Shown: positions 1 through 14,175 of the stretch, one piece after another | Layout: every line of letters begins with the position of its first letter | How positions within the stretch are numbered: position 1 is the stretch's first letter | From: Dimorphilus gyrociliatus | Taxonomy: Eukaryota; Animalia; Annelida | Length of the DNA: 64,000 nucleotides | Direction: 5' to 3' | Assembly: GCA_904063045.1 (NCBI GenBank) | Contig: CAJFCJ010000007.1 | Location: 3,975,404-4,039,403, forward strand | Translations under genes and position numbers: made by a program | Notes under the pieces: generated by a model | Seen by the model: the letters and a program-made list of their open reading frames with translations, nothing else | Told to the model about the DNA's origin: nothing | Databases searched by the model: none

Positions 1-1429
1 GATGTAATCGTTTATTCTCTTTTTGCTCTTGAAGATCTGTCAACTGTTTAACTAAATCTTCTCGAAGAGAGGCTCTATTAGGTAATTCGGGAAGGTCTTC
101 TGGCAGGGTAACATGAGCTTTGTCTATGTCAACAACGCACATATTAGCTTGAAGAGTCTCCTCGCTGATGAATGCGTCGTCCTTTGACCTACGTAGACCC
201 ATTATAAATGGTACAGGTGCTTCAATAAAATGGCGATTAGATGTTGGCAAAATGGGAACGTAGGTTTGAGACCAGGCGAAAGGAAATATCAAAGCTGTCA
301 AGCATTCTGCTACAGACATAAGATATTCATATTCTAGAATAAAGAAAAAACTCTATCGTAAGACCAAAAGAAGAAAAGGAAAAGTTTGAATTACCCTCAG
401 AATATAAAAGAATTTGATATTCTAACAAAATGCAAGTATAAATGTTGAGAACATCTTCTATACCAAGTAGTCGAAATATTTCCAGTATTGGATAATCCAT
501 TGGAGGCAGTTCGTTAGTTCCTGCAAGACACCTGTGTAAACATCATGTTCACTTTAGATAGAGAAAACATACCTGGTCTCTGACAAACGATAGTGTGAGC
601 ACCACTCTTGAAAGACACACTTGAAGCTGGCGTAGGGCAGGGGATTTCGTACAGAATATTATAAATATAGCTTTCTAAATTTAATTCAACTTTGTCAAGA
701 CCCATAACAACTCTATATAAGGCGCTTAAAATTTTCTGCATAACGTCGATAAAAGGCAATCTCGATAGAACGCACAAAACTTTAGTGGCGTAGAGAGTAT
801 CCTCTGCCAAAGAATAAGAACGAACATTTGTAGACGAGGCTTTTCTTTTTATTTTTGGGCTAATCTTATAAACGCGTTCGCCTAGGTGAGGTTGCAGGGT
901 CTTCGATTGAATGTTTTCCAATTCAGCCATGTGCATTGCGAGTAAAGTATTCATTGCAGTACAAATTTCTGCATTATTAATTTGTTCGTAGAAAGTTAGA
1001 GCAACTCCAAATGTCATAGTTCCGTCCTCTCTTGTTATGATGAATGTATGAACAGAAGTTTTGCGTTTGTCTTTTTGAGTTGCAAACAAAACTCCGCAAG
1101 GATGACACATCTTTATAGTAATATTGGCGCATAATTAATATTTACTTAAAGTTTGTTTTCTTCCCGTGTTACTCACCAAACTAACTGCATTTTCATCGAA
1201 TTCTAAACCCGGTACATTCTGAGGATAATGCGCTAAAACATCCGGCTTATATGATCTATATAAAGGTGCCCGATGAAGATTATCATCTAAAAAATACTTT
1301 TTTTTTACAATTTTTTACGTCATAGAAATAGCTCTTACTTGCAAACTGATTCGGTTGCAATCCGTGTCGCACATCCAGCCCACAAATTGCAAAGTAATCA
1401 ATGATTCTTTCTTCACTTTGTTCAGTCAT
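1..1429 (-). CDS. DENND5: DENN domain-containing protein 5 (Rab6-interacting protein 1), 5' part; runs off the left edge
   Basis: Manual splice: ATG at 1429 gives MTEQSEERIIDYFAICGLDVRHGLQPNQFA, then ...YKPDVLAHYPQNV..., then ORF 514-1110 (uDENN: HTFIITREDGTMTFGVALTFYE), then DENN core ELPPMDYPILEIFRLLGIEDVLNIYTCILLEYQILLYS. Introns are canonical GT-AG. Confidence 0.92.
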
Positions 1430-1758
1430 ATTCAATATATATATTATTCAAAAAACATAATAGTATTTGGTGTTAATATCTTTTAAAAATAATCTGTTGA
1501 CAAATTTCGTAAGGATTTTGTTTGCGAAATCGTCTTTTAGTCGGCGCCATGTTTGTATATCTAATTGATTAGACTACCAACCGTTTCGGAGAATGATATT
1601 TCGCGCCAATTTTTCAAAACTACAATACAAGTCATAGTATTTTATTTCATTGATAAAAGTTAAAATATTCATTTAAAAGTACAATTATTTCCATTTTTTA
1701 TGCGAAGATATGTAATAACATCAAGTTAAAAATGATTATGCTTTCTGTTATTTTGAAG

Positions 1759-3659
1759 TCAAATTCCCAAGTTTTCGAATTTTCCAGGTAATTCTCTTGG
1801 TCCACCAACGTTATCAATTTTATTCGGAAAACCTAAATTATTATTGTAAACATTAAGCCAAAAATTTTAATAAATTAATGGAAGAACTTACTTAGACTCT
1901 GTCCATTACAGCAAATTTCAGCAGGTTCTAAACAACACTGATCAGCAGCTGAATCTATAGCGGAATGGGGATTCTTGTTTCGTCGTAAACGATTGGTTAT
2001 CTTATTACTAACAGCAAATCGTGATAGATCTACAGCCTTCTTCCGCTCTGGCTTATCTTTTGGTTTTTTATGAGCTTTTTCAATATCCTCTTCGTTATTT
2101 GCCTAAAAGAGAAGAGATAGGTTATCTAGTATTAACAAATTTAGATGACAGTTATTTACATTCTCGTTTATTTTAACATTTGGCTTTTTAGGCGTAACTC
2201 TTGATACTACGTTGTCTTCTTTAGGTTGTACACAAGTTACTGGTTCATAGATTACATCATCCCGTTTATTCTCATTTTTAACTCCCTCACCAAATGTATA
2301 GCTCTCACTTGTTTCTTCCGCTGAGGGAGTTTCATTGAGGGGAGAGTCTTTTAAATGTATATTTACATATGAATGTTCTTTTTCTTGGTTTTGCCTAACA
2401 GCTAGTTTTGTAAATCCAGGCTTCGGTTTTGAATTATCAGTTTTCCCACCAACAAATATCTCACATACTGCATCTTGATTTTCATAAATATGCTTCATTA
2501 CTTCTGAGCTTCGGTTTTTCTTTTTCAAAATCTTTAATTGCCTATGATATAATTCCCTTACCGCACTATATAAGAAAATTAACTGTTCTACTGCCTGAAC
2601 CATTGATTGTCTCTGCCTTCTTAAATTTTCAACAATCTTGTACAAATTGATTGTTTGTGGTACTTTTTCTTCTTCTACTAGAGACCAACAATAGTCTAAT
2701 GCACAAATTGCACCTGTTCTACCACAACCAGCGCTACAATGAATTACCATAATCCCTTTGTTTTCTTTTCTGGCTAACTCTAATAATTCTATACAATCTT
2801 CAACGTTCTTAGGAGCTCCGTAATCAGGCCACGCGGTGTAGTGATAATGATGAATGAACCTTTCTTCTTTTCTATTAGTTATTTTGAACTTTCTGTAAGA
2901 AAATGAGGAATTAATTTCAGTTTCACTGACGACCCCAACGCTTATCTGATCACCAAAGATACGAAGACCACCTGATATCCAATAATCAGCACACTTTTTC
3001 TGTGGAATAAATTTACATAATAGAATAGAAGTTGAAAAGTATTTTTACAATAATACTTTTCCATTTTCTTCAAAATTACAAGCCATAATAACAGTTGATG
3101 CGTTTGTTTGCCATAACATCCTCCAAAAATGAGGAATAGTTAATTCTATAGGTCCTTGGGTTGCTATATACGCTCTCTTATCATTTGTTCCCTTTATCCA
3201 ATTGGCGTTAATATAGTCGCCTCCAGAACCGTCATCTTCCAAAATAACTCTCGTTTCATCAACTTAAATATTAGAAAAAATAATTTATCGATTTTATAAG
3301 TGTTATTGAATTCTTTAACTATGTCGGAACGGTATATATATATATATATTGACTGGAATGGCATAAAATGAATCTTACAAGGAAGTATATCACCATATCT
3401 GTTCTTTTTAGTATTACTGGGCTTTTTAGCTGCCTCAACATTTACTTTTTTCTCTTTTCTTAAATTTACACTGAATTCTTTTAAGAGCTATTTATAGAGG
3501 GAAAAAAAGGCGTTTTCAAGAAATGTTTTAATCGCAAATTATTCGAATGAATTCAAAACTCACATTAAACTGCTGATGAATCTCCTTATAATCTTTATCA
3601 CTTAATAACCGATCAAATTCAGCAATTGACGTTTCAAGGTTTTTCATCAATTTAGTCAT
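1759..3659 (-). CDS. PTPN12: Non-receptor protein tyrosine phosphatase, PTP-PEST (PTPN12/18/22) family
   Basis: Spliced exons give the KNRY loop (KNRYGDILPF), DYINAN, IATQGP, WPD loop (YTAWPDYG), catalytic VIHCSAGCGRTG and Q-loop (RQSMVQ). The last exon FPNKIDNVGGPRELPGKF resembles the PEST-family CTH motif. Confidence 0.88.
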
Positions 3660-3923
3660 GATTAGAAGTATTATGATATCATGAATATCATATAAAATTC
3701 ACGGTAAGGCCGCTTTATTCTTTAGACAGTAGTGACATCTATCATCTTTCTGACTGGAAATTATATATTATATTATTCCGCTTCCGGTTCGTTATTCTCT
3801 TCCTCAGTAGTCCTCTGTTTGTCCCAATTATCGTTAAGTTGTTTTTAAACGATTTGTTAGTCACCTGATGAATGAAACGTGATTCCGGATTGATAGATCG
3901 TAGAGAAAAACATACTAGTCAAG

Positions 3924-4676
3924 ATGAGCTCATCGAATCCCCATAGGAAGCAAGCGATCTCAAAAGTGCAGAAATCAGTCAGAAAGTTTGAAAATAGTGA
4001 CCCCACTATGAACGAAGGAAGACCCGCAGAGCATTCATTCGTTACGGATGTAGCAGATGTAAGACAAATGGAGCACGGATTGCTTAAATTACTTGATGAC
4101 TTCCATTCCGGTCATTTACAAGCTTTTAGTAAGTTAAATTTGTTTATTTCCAACACAGTTGAGTTAATTTTTAAAAACATCTCAGGTGAGGGAAATATGT
4201 ATGAACAAATGGATAACATAAGAGAAAAACAAGAGAAATTAGCCCGCCTCCACTTCGAATTGGATACAGAACATACAACAATAAATCAAGAATTGTAAGA
4301 GATATCTAATGCAATTAACCGACTTATTAAATCTAAATAATTTCTCTCTCCTTAGAGGACAAAAGAAGGACGAGAACGGAGATAAAAATATTAGGAATAT
4401 GGACAAATTGATGGATAGTGTTAGTTTATAAATTCAATTATATTTTGGTTTAAAATAATATATTTAATATAATTCTCATTTTCCATTCCAGCTTCAAGAT
4501 TTATGCCAATCCATGTATCCTTTAAAATCAATTATATATTACTATTTATGCGTTAATTACTTATAATTTTCTCAATTCTTCACATTAGATTGTGAAAAAG
4601 AAGATGAAAACATAATTTTCCTTAATGTACTTTCAATAGAAATAATTTACAGCGTGGTGATCAGAGTGCATCTTAA
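3924..4676 (+). CDS. CCDC28: Coiled-coil domain-containing protein 28
   Basis: HSFVTDVADVRQMEHGLLKLLDDFHSGHLQAF and EKQEKLARLHFELD match the CCDC28A/B core. Five exons; the final intron is U12-type and the protein ends LQDLCQSINNLQRGDQSAS*. Confidence 0.9.
4515..4639 (+). other. U12-type (minor spliceosome) GT-AG intron in CCDC28
   Basis: Donor GTATCCTTT at 4515, branch site TTCCTTAAT at 4618-4626, acceptor AG at 4638-4639 about 14 nt downstream. Splicing restores a homolog-like C-terminus. Confidence 0.85.
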
Positions 4677-5459
4677 ACTATAAAAAGAACTCAGAAAATA
4701 TACAGATGACTAAAATTTACTGTTTCTTTTTTAAATATTAATTAATTCTTCTATTATACTCCACTCTAATTGTATTAATATACAAATATACATTTTCGTG
4801 TTAACGACGTGATGGTTACTTTGAAAGTAAAGACCTCTTGGTGCAACTATGCTACTTTGAATGTCAAAACCGCCCGTTCGTGGAGCGAATAATAGGGTAA
4901 ATCCGTTTGATCTGGGAAATATACATAGAAGAAAACAATTTCACAATAGTACAATAAAAATATGTTATAAAAGGATATTAAAAGTTTATAGCGTCTAAAC
5001 GTATATGAAAATTAATAATAGCTATATATTACAATCTAAAAGATGAAGGGAAGGACAAATGTTTATCGTTTTATTTATAATTCATGTGCAAAGTATGCAT
5101 ATACCATATATCACATACCTAGTATTTATTCGTTGATTTGTAAACTTAGTTATGAATCATTGATAAGGATTTTGACATTACTCAAAAATCTTACATTTTT
5201 GAAAGTATTATCAGTTACAACATTTGCATAAATGTCAATGTTCTAATTCTCTTTCTGGTGCTCTTAAAATTTGATGCATAATGCCAACACGACAAGCATA
5301 TATTAGGTCTTAATTAAATTCTGACTTTTGTTTGTCTCTTAAGAAAATAAGACTACCTGAATAATTAAAGATTTATCATTTGTTGTGTAAATTGATGATA
5401 AATACAAAAAGATCAGATATATACACTATGTTTATTAGAATTGATTTCTTAGGAAAGAA

Positions 5460-6431
5460 TTAGTATAAGTCGTTAACTTTAGTTGCAATGGACGTAGTTA
5501 CATTACGCTCCTTTCGTCCAGAGCATAGTAGCTTTGAATAGATGTTCCTTAACTTCCTATCCATAAAGGCGTAGATATAAAAGTTAATGGCGTTGTTAGT
5601 ATGCGCGACCAACAGCAAAAAGTGTTGAACGGAAGCACTCACTTTTCCATAGTAATCAAGTTTTAAAGCAACAACTAGCGGTACCCAACATAGTATTAAT
5701 GTGAATATTATAACAAGCATATTTCTAATTATTAGTCGGTTTTTAATAAGCATCTGTTTTTTTCCATTCTCAGCTGTAGAGGTTGATGCTTTAACTTGTC
5801 TTCTTGATTTAAAGAAAACTATAGCAATTTTTACATAAACAACAAATATTAATATAACGGATGGTATAACAACAAGCAAATCAGGAAAGATTAAAGAAAA
5901 TTTAAAAGTATCAACATTTAAATTATAATTTCCAACGAAACAAGTTCCAATTTTCTCGTTAAAACCGTAATTACCAAACTGGAAGAAAGGTGGAGATAGT
6001 ATGATAAGCGGAACTATCCATGATAATAGTATTGTTAAAGCAACTGTTGTTTTCTTAAACATTCTAAAATATACATCAGCAGAGAAACAAATTCTAATAT
6101 ATCTATTCAAAGATATAAATGCTAATGAATAGATGCAAGTACACATGAACGATAATCTTAAATAGGCTATTGCACGGCATAAATTACTTTCATATCTATA
6201 CGAATAGCCGTAAGCCGTTAACGGTATAATAATTGAACACATAATCCAATCAATCACCGATAAATTTACTACATAAACGTAAGTAAAAATTCGCAAACTT
6301 TTCGTTCGAATAAAGGATATAATTGTTAAAAGATTCGTTAATATTCCACTTATACTTATTAAACTACTCCAAACTTGTAAAAATCGTAAAAATTTTTCGG
6401 AGACAGCGTCCGAAGATGAATTGGAATACAT
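5460..6431 (-). CDS. Intronless class A (rhodopsin-like) GPCR, Tre1/moody/GPR84/melatonin-receptor-like
   Basis: 323-aa ORF with seven hydrophobic segments, TM1 GxxTN, TM2 NLSVID, TM3 SLNRY (DRY variant), TM6 CWVP and TM7 NFYIY (NPxxY variant). Confidence 0.88.
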   Translation of the reverse strand: MYSNSSSDAVSEKFLRFLQVWSSLISISGILTNLLTIISFIRTKSLRIFTYVYVVNLSVIDWIMCSIIIPLTAYGYSYRYESNLCRAIAYLRLSFMCTCIYSLAFISLNRYIRICFSADVYFRMFKKTTVALTILLSWIVPLIILSPPFFQFGNYGFNEKIGTCFVGNYNLNVDTFKFSLIFPDLLVVIPSVILIFVVYVKIAIVFFKSRRQVKASTSTAENGKKQMLIKNRLIIRNMLVIIFTLILCWVPLVVALKLDYYGKVSASVQHFLLLVAHTNNAINFYIYAFMDRKLRNIYSKLLCSGRKERNVTTSIATKVNDLY

Positions 6432-6912
6432 GACTTGGAATGACGATCTCTAAAAATTCATGAGATTGTAACGCGCGCCGTCTATTTCTACTTTTCAGCT
6501 AACCTATATTTTTTTTCATTTTTTTATTTTTATCTATCATCTCCTTTGTTTATTGAACATATGAAATAAAATATTTCAATAAATATTCTTTAATTGTTGT
6601 TTTAATTTAAAAAGAGAGTAAACAAAAATTATCGAAAAATTTGGCGCGTTTACGAAGTATGGTATTAACTCCACAAAATATTTAACAGTGCAGAATTGAA
6701 TAGCGAATACGGTCCATTCTCCCAAAAAACCGGAAATTGCACTAGCATGTTGTAGTGCTGCAATATTATATTATAAAAGTACAATTATTTATAAAAATTC
6801 TAGACATAAAACTAATAGGTAATTAAGTATTAGGATAGAGTAAGTTCCATTTAACAGCTGTTTATTCATTTTAAAGTAACATAATATTACAGATAATTCT
6901 TCGAAAAAAATA

Positions 6913-9227
6913 ATGGAATCTATTGATGAGAGTCTATCCATTTTCACAAATACATTTACTGATCATATCCGAAATGAATTTGAAGTAGCAACTGTGCAAA
7001 CAGCAATTTCTACAGACCAAATGAAGCTAACGGGCTTAGAAAATACCCTGGGTAGAACTTGCTAATAAGTGTTCAACAGAATCTAATATTTTAGTCGGAA
7101 TTTCAGATCTAGAATCATTAAAAATTTCTGAGAGTATGAGATGTAACTCTTGTGACATAGACCTATCAAATCGAGATGAACAGGTGATATATAAATAATT
7201 TTTTTTATATTAAAGAGTACGGTTAATAATAGGTTAATACACCTATTAGGTGACTCATTACAAAAGTGACTGGCATCGCTGTAATTTGAAAAGAAAATTG
7301 AAAAATTTAGAAAAGATAAGCGAAGAAAAATTTGACGTTGCTGATGGTAAATATACTTCTAAAAATAGCAGTCTTACTTTGTTACGTAATAGGCTAAACA
7401 AATAAAACTTTTCAGTTGGAGATATATCGAGTATTTCGGGATCAGACAGCGAAAGTGAACTTGAAGAGATTATAGATGAAAGTTCAGTACAAGAAAGTGA
7501 CCATAAAATACGCCATCCCAGACTTTTTCTCCGGAATAAAGAGGGAAAGCTTTTTTCAATTTTTCATTGTATTCTCTACAACAAAAAGGTGAAAAAAGTT
7601 TTATTTGTACAATAGATTAATTTCAAATTAAAGTTAAATAAAACGAAAAATTCATACAGGATGAACCGGAGAATGAAAACGATTTACGAGAAATAATTAA
7701 AGGGTTGGCTATAAAAACAAAATGGTCAATTTTCATGTTAAGTGGTGGCCATTTTGCGGGTGCAGTTTTTGATAAGAATGCTATGATTTTACACAAAACA
7801 TTTCATCGATATGTTGTTCGCGCTAAGAGGGGTACTGTTCAGAGCCAACATGATAAAAAAGGGGGTCATGCTAAGAGTGCCGGAGCTAACCTCAGACGCT
7901 ACAACGAGGCTTCATTAACTCAACAAATTCAAAATATTCTTAAAGAATGGTCTTGTGATATAGCTACTTCATCCAGAATATTTATTCGTTGTTCTATGTC
8001 ATCTAGGAGTATTCTCTTTAGCGGTAAAAGTCCAGTATTATTGAAGGATGATAAAAGAATTACACATATGCCATTCCCTACGAGAAGGCCAACTTTGAAG
8101 GAAGTTCAACGAGTTCATGCTAAACTTAGCAACTGCTTATTTTACAGCGACGAATCTGTTCTTGTAAGATCACCACCGCAAAAAGTAAAGAAATCGCCCG
8201 TACGACGAGAAAATATTAAAAGTAACACTTCAAAGCGAAAAAAAAGGAGGAATAGCATAGATTCTGAAGAGATTGAGAAACAAGAATCCTCAACTGAAGA
8301 TGATGAAGATGATTGTATTACAAATTATAACCTTACTGCTGCCATGGAGACTTTTTCTACTGGTAATTTGAAAGAGTATGAGCACTCCTTTGGTAATAAA
8401 AAAGAAGACGAGCTTAAAAAATTACGTAATGAAATCTATACATACTGCAAATATGGAGATGAGAGCAAGCTGAAAGACGCCTTAAAAGATTCTAAAGTAA
8501 CAAAGAAATTTTTAAATGAGCGATTTGGTAGAGAAGACACAACATTTCTTCATACAGCATGCAAAAATAAATTCGAAAATATCATCGTCCTATTACTTGA
8601 TGTTGGCTGTGATCCTACAATTCGGTGAGTCATTTTAATGTTTTAAGGAAAAACATCCGCCAAATTTTCGACTAATAAATAAAATATGCAGAGATAAAAG
8701 TGGTTCCTATCCTTACGTGGTTGCCCAAGATCGACAAACTAGAAACATATTAAGGAAATATAGAACAGCTAATCCTACACAATACGATTATGAAAAAGCC
8801 CAAGTGAGTTGTGTACTTAATGTATACTGTGTAACAAATTGATCCATATATTTGACAGATTCCTTTTGCACTCTCCGAAGAGCATGAAAATGAAAAGAAA
8901 GAAAAGGAGGCTGAAAAGCGAAAAGCGCAAAAGAAGGCTAAAAAAGATAGACTGAAAGAAAAGAAAGCAAAGGAAGTAGAAATCAAAAAAGAAGAGGAAG
9001 AGAGAAACAGATATTTAAAATTGAGTGATCGCGAAAAGCGGGCTCTGGCTGCTGAGAGGAGATTTGCAACCCAGATGACATCATCCTCGACCAGCTCTAT
9101 TCCGGTTTTAACCAGATGTTTTCAATGTGCAATTGATATAACTGGCAAGGTGCCTTTTGAATATTTCGATTTTAAATTTTGTACACCAAAATGCTTGAAA
9201 GAGCATAAGTTATCGAATAAAAGTTGA
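6913..9227 (+). CDS. ANKZF1: Ankyrin repeat and zinc finger peptidyl-tRNA hydrolase (Vms1 homolog)
   Basis: C2H2-like zinc finger exons, VLRF1 domain (GGHFAGAVF..HKTFHRYVVRAKRGTVQSQHD with the catalytic Gln), ankyrin repeat, coiled coil and C-terminal RCFQC..PFEYFDFKFCTPKCLKEH. Confidence 0.93.
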
Positions 9228-9508
9228 TTTTCGTGCCTCAATAAACACCTGGGAAGGAACTAGTTTTTTTTTGTAAAGAAAATGTCTAGTCCTAGTGAAG
9301 CAGCTGTCGAAAAAAAGGATGATTCATCCTATGAATCATTCGAGTGAATAAATTACCCCAAAAGATTATTTATGCTCGTTGTGTTTCTTAGGTTCTTAGC
9401 CTATTTTTATTAAAATTTTATTTAAAATAACAAGTTTCCTCAAATGAGCCGACGTGTATTTACAAAAGATACAGCCGACACTCTTCACATATTCATTTAA
9501 ATAAATGT

Positions 9509-11057
<1,549 letters not shown>

Positions 11058-11862
11058 TTAATAAGATTTGATAAGTATCGTCAACCTTAATTTTTGACAA
11101 CTAGTGTCTGCAACGAGAATGTGCTCGCGCTCAGCTTATATACAAATCTCTTGATGGCCGCATAACACATCGCAACGGTCAATTGCGCGAAACAAAATTC
11201 AAAAATATTCTTCATTAAAGCAAAAATATTAGGAATTAGAAAAAAATTTCTCAAGCAAAATACAAATTTTAGGCAACTTTTTAAGCTATTCATTATAAAA
11301 TCTTTATTTAATTTTCGGTTTTACATTCAAATATTCAAAGGGCCTGTCCATTCCTACGCCACGGACTACTTAAATCAGCAAGACGCGCCAAACACGTGAC
11401 AACAAGATCCGTAGTTAAGTGATGATTTAGGTCTATATTTGAATTTACATTAGCAACTAATTAAATTCTCTTAATTAAACCCATTTTTTAAAATTATTTT
11501 TGTTCCAAATTTGATAAATTTTGCAATTCCAGTTGAAAAATTATTTTGCATCAAAATTTTTTAAACATTTCTATTCTATTAATATTTTGAACTTGTGGAA
11601 TGTTGTTTATCAATTTTTTGTTGTTAGCAACTAGTTCTATGACTACAGGCCACATAAACCCTTGACCGTTTGGAAATAATGTAATATGGCAAAGAATTCT
11701 AATCCAGATATTTGACACTATTTATTACATTAACAAATGATTTTCATATATTTTAAAAGGAAAGACGAAACCGTATTAGCGTAACAATTTATAATTATTA
11801 AAATAAATAAAGACATACACAAACACTGCAGGTAATAATATCAAAAATCCTATAAATTAGAC

Positions 11863-13707
11863 TTAGGCATCAACTTCCCCAACCTGGAAGCGTATGGTTT
11901 CGTAATCCTCCAAACGGGCAGCTTGTTTAATCTCTGATAAGTCTGTGTTCAATTTTACAGTTTGAGCTTCCCCTTCATAAGCGTTTCTATGGATATGTTC
12001 GTTGTTTGATACGGTATCCTGGATTGTTAGCGACAATTTTGAAGCCTTAGTTCGAATTTTTTTGGGCTCACCACCAGCGGAACATATTTTGTTTATAAGA
12101 TTATTGAATTCCTCAGATTGATTGGCGTAAACATGGTGTCCTGCATTTTTAATAATGTGTACATCAACAAAACAATTTTCGTTCTCTTCTTGTCGTCTTC
12201 TTTTGGCTTCCCAACCAGAAGAATCACTAATCCATGACCTCGATCCATAAATCATCGTCATAGGAACCTTCTCACTAAGTTTGTGTATACGACTCAACAT
12301 TGGATTTTTTGCCCATCCAAAAGACATTGTCATAGCTTTAAATGCTGATTCACCGCTTGGTTTACGAGAATTAGAATAATATATATAATCTGCAACGACT
12401 GTAGGCTCATCTTCAGTAACAGAACTGAATGTTTGTATTAAATCAGGGCGAAATTTTCTAATTAAATGCTTTCCAACAAAACCAAGAGCTCTTATACCCG
12501 CAAATGGGTTAAATGGAGACAACATGCTAGCTAATATTTTAATCCACCTGGGTACTGGTGTTCGTTCGGATCCATTCTGAGGCATTACAGCGAATCCCCA
12601 TCCATCTACAACAATAAGATGTTCTACCCGTTCGGGATACCGAATTGCATAAGATGTTGTTAAAAAGCCGCCAAGAGAATGGCCAAGGAGAATCATTTTA
12701 TCAATACCCATTTTATCTCGCCATGCCTCTATAAATAGATAACAGAAAAAAAAATCGCTTTAGTAACAATGTCAATGTATTTCAACATCCTCTTCATGAT
12801 TTCAAAATAGAAAAAGAAATCGGTTAAAAAATGTAATAGACCTACCAATGCTTTCTACGAATTGCATTTCAGCCAGCATAGGGTCATTACTAAATTTTGG
12901 CCTAGAACTTCTGCCAAAACCGAGGACGTCGAAAGCGTATAAGGGTCTAAATCTAGATAGAGCGAATAAATTTAAAGCCCACATGCCTATACCAGCACCC
13001 ATTCCGTGTACCATTACTAAAGGAGTTTTTGGGCATGAAGTATTCATAGATATTGTTCTAATATTATTTCCCTCGCCTATTGAGACAAATTGTTCATCTA
13101 ACAAATGCCAGACACCTGTTTAAAATAAAAACAATATACAATTATTTTTATTTATATTTACCAATACTGATTATAATATTATACAAATTAAGCCTACTTA
13201 CGCGACAGTAGTTTTCTTTCCAAAGTTGCCAACATGATTTTGGGTAGATCAAACCAATAATGTTGATAGAATGAACTTGGCCACCACGAATAGTTAGTTA
13301 TAGTACTAAAAGTGGGTAAATTTAATGGAATTAGCCTAGGGAGGTTAAGATTTAGGATCTAATGATTCACCACAGTTTTTCTATTGATAAACACGTTAAA
13401 TATGGAAGCACTGGGTTGGAGAATCCAAGTGCTCAGTGAAACACGCGTCGTCTAACAGAAAGCTATAATATTCCTCTCTTGCTTTTATAATCAATTTTGA
13501 GTAATCATCTGAATGTCCCACTTTCGCCACTTGTGAAAATTTATACAAAAGGTAGGTACCGATCTTTATTAGATTAAATGAAAAATTTCCATTTATCAAC
13601 GTAAATGGTAAATAATGATTTAAAATGTATATTTTCACTCTGTAATGATAAAGTAGATGTTCATAACTAAAAAATCACCTTATTTCTTGTTTTGCGTCGT
13701 CCACCAT
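11863..13707 (-). CDS. ABHD4: Alpha/beta hydrolase ABHD4/ABHD5 family (Ser-nucleophile, ABHD4-type)
   Basis: Exon 1 MVDDAKQEI (ATG 13707). PLVMVHGMGAG, FDVLGFGRSSRP, nucleophile GHSLGG and AGHHVY motifs are present. Confidence 0.9.
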
Positions 13708-14175
13708 TTAGGGAAACCGGGAAAATCGTCGGTTTTACGTCATCAAATACTACGATGTTGTCAAAAAAACAACTTGTGACAAAATCACAAATATCGGAAT
13801 TTTTAAAAAGAAAGTTCTTTAGAACGAATATTTAATGTTAATACAGATTTAACTTTCACTCTAATTTCAATGATGAGCTAATATTGCAACTTTATTGCGA
13901 AACTATTTCTTCAGAACTGATGGTTCCAGTTCCAGTTTGTAGTAGAAAACCACATTAGTAGTATGTAGTCCTATACCAGTCTTTTTGCATACCTATGGAT
14001 GATAAAAGTGTATTTTTTTAAGTAAAATAACAGCCATTTATAAGGGAAATAGTATCTAGACACCTCCGTACTTAAGATAAATCTGTAAGTTTAATGTTTA
14101 GTTTTGAAATGGTTTACTGTCATTTGCATTTTTTTTCATTAGTCATCATTTTCCCGCACGAAGTGACAGAAAAAG

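Noticed and set aside
1095-1107. GCAAGGATGACAC identical to part of U6 snRNA
   Set aside because: Only 13 nt, lying antisense within the DENND5 coding exon (MCHPCG), with no flanking U6 sequence.
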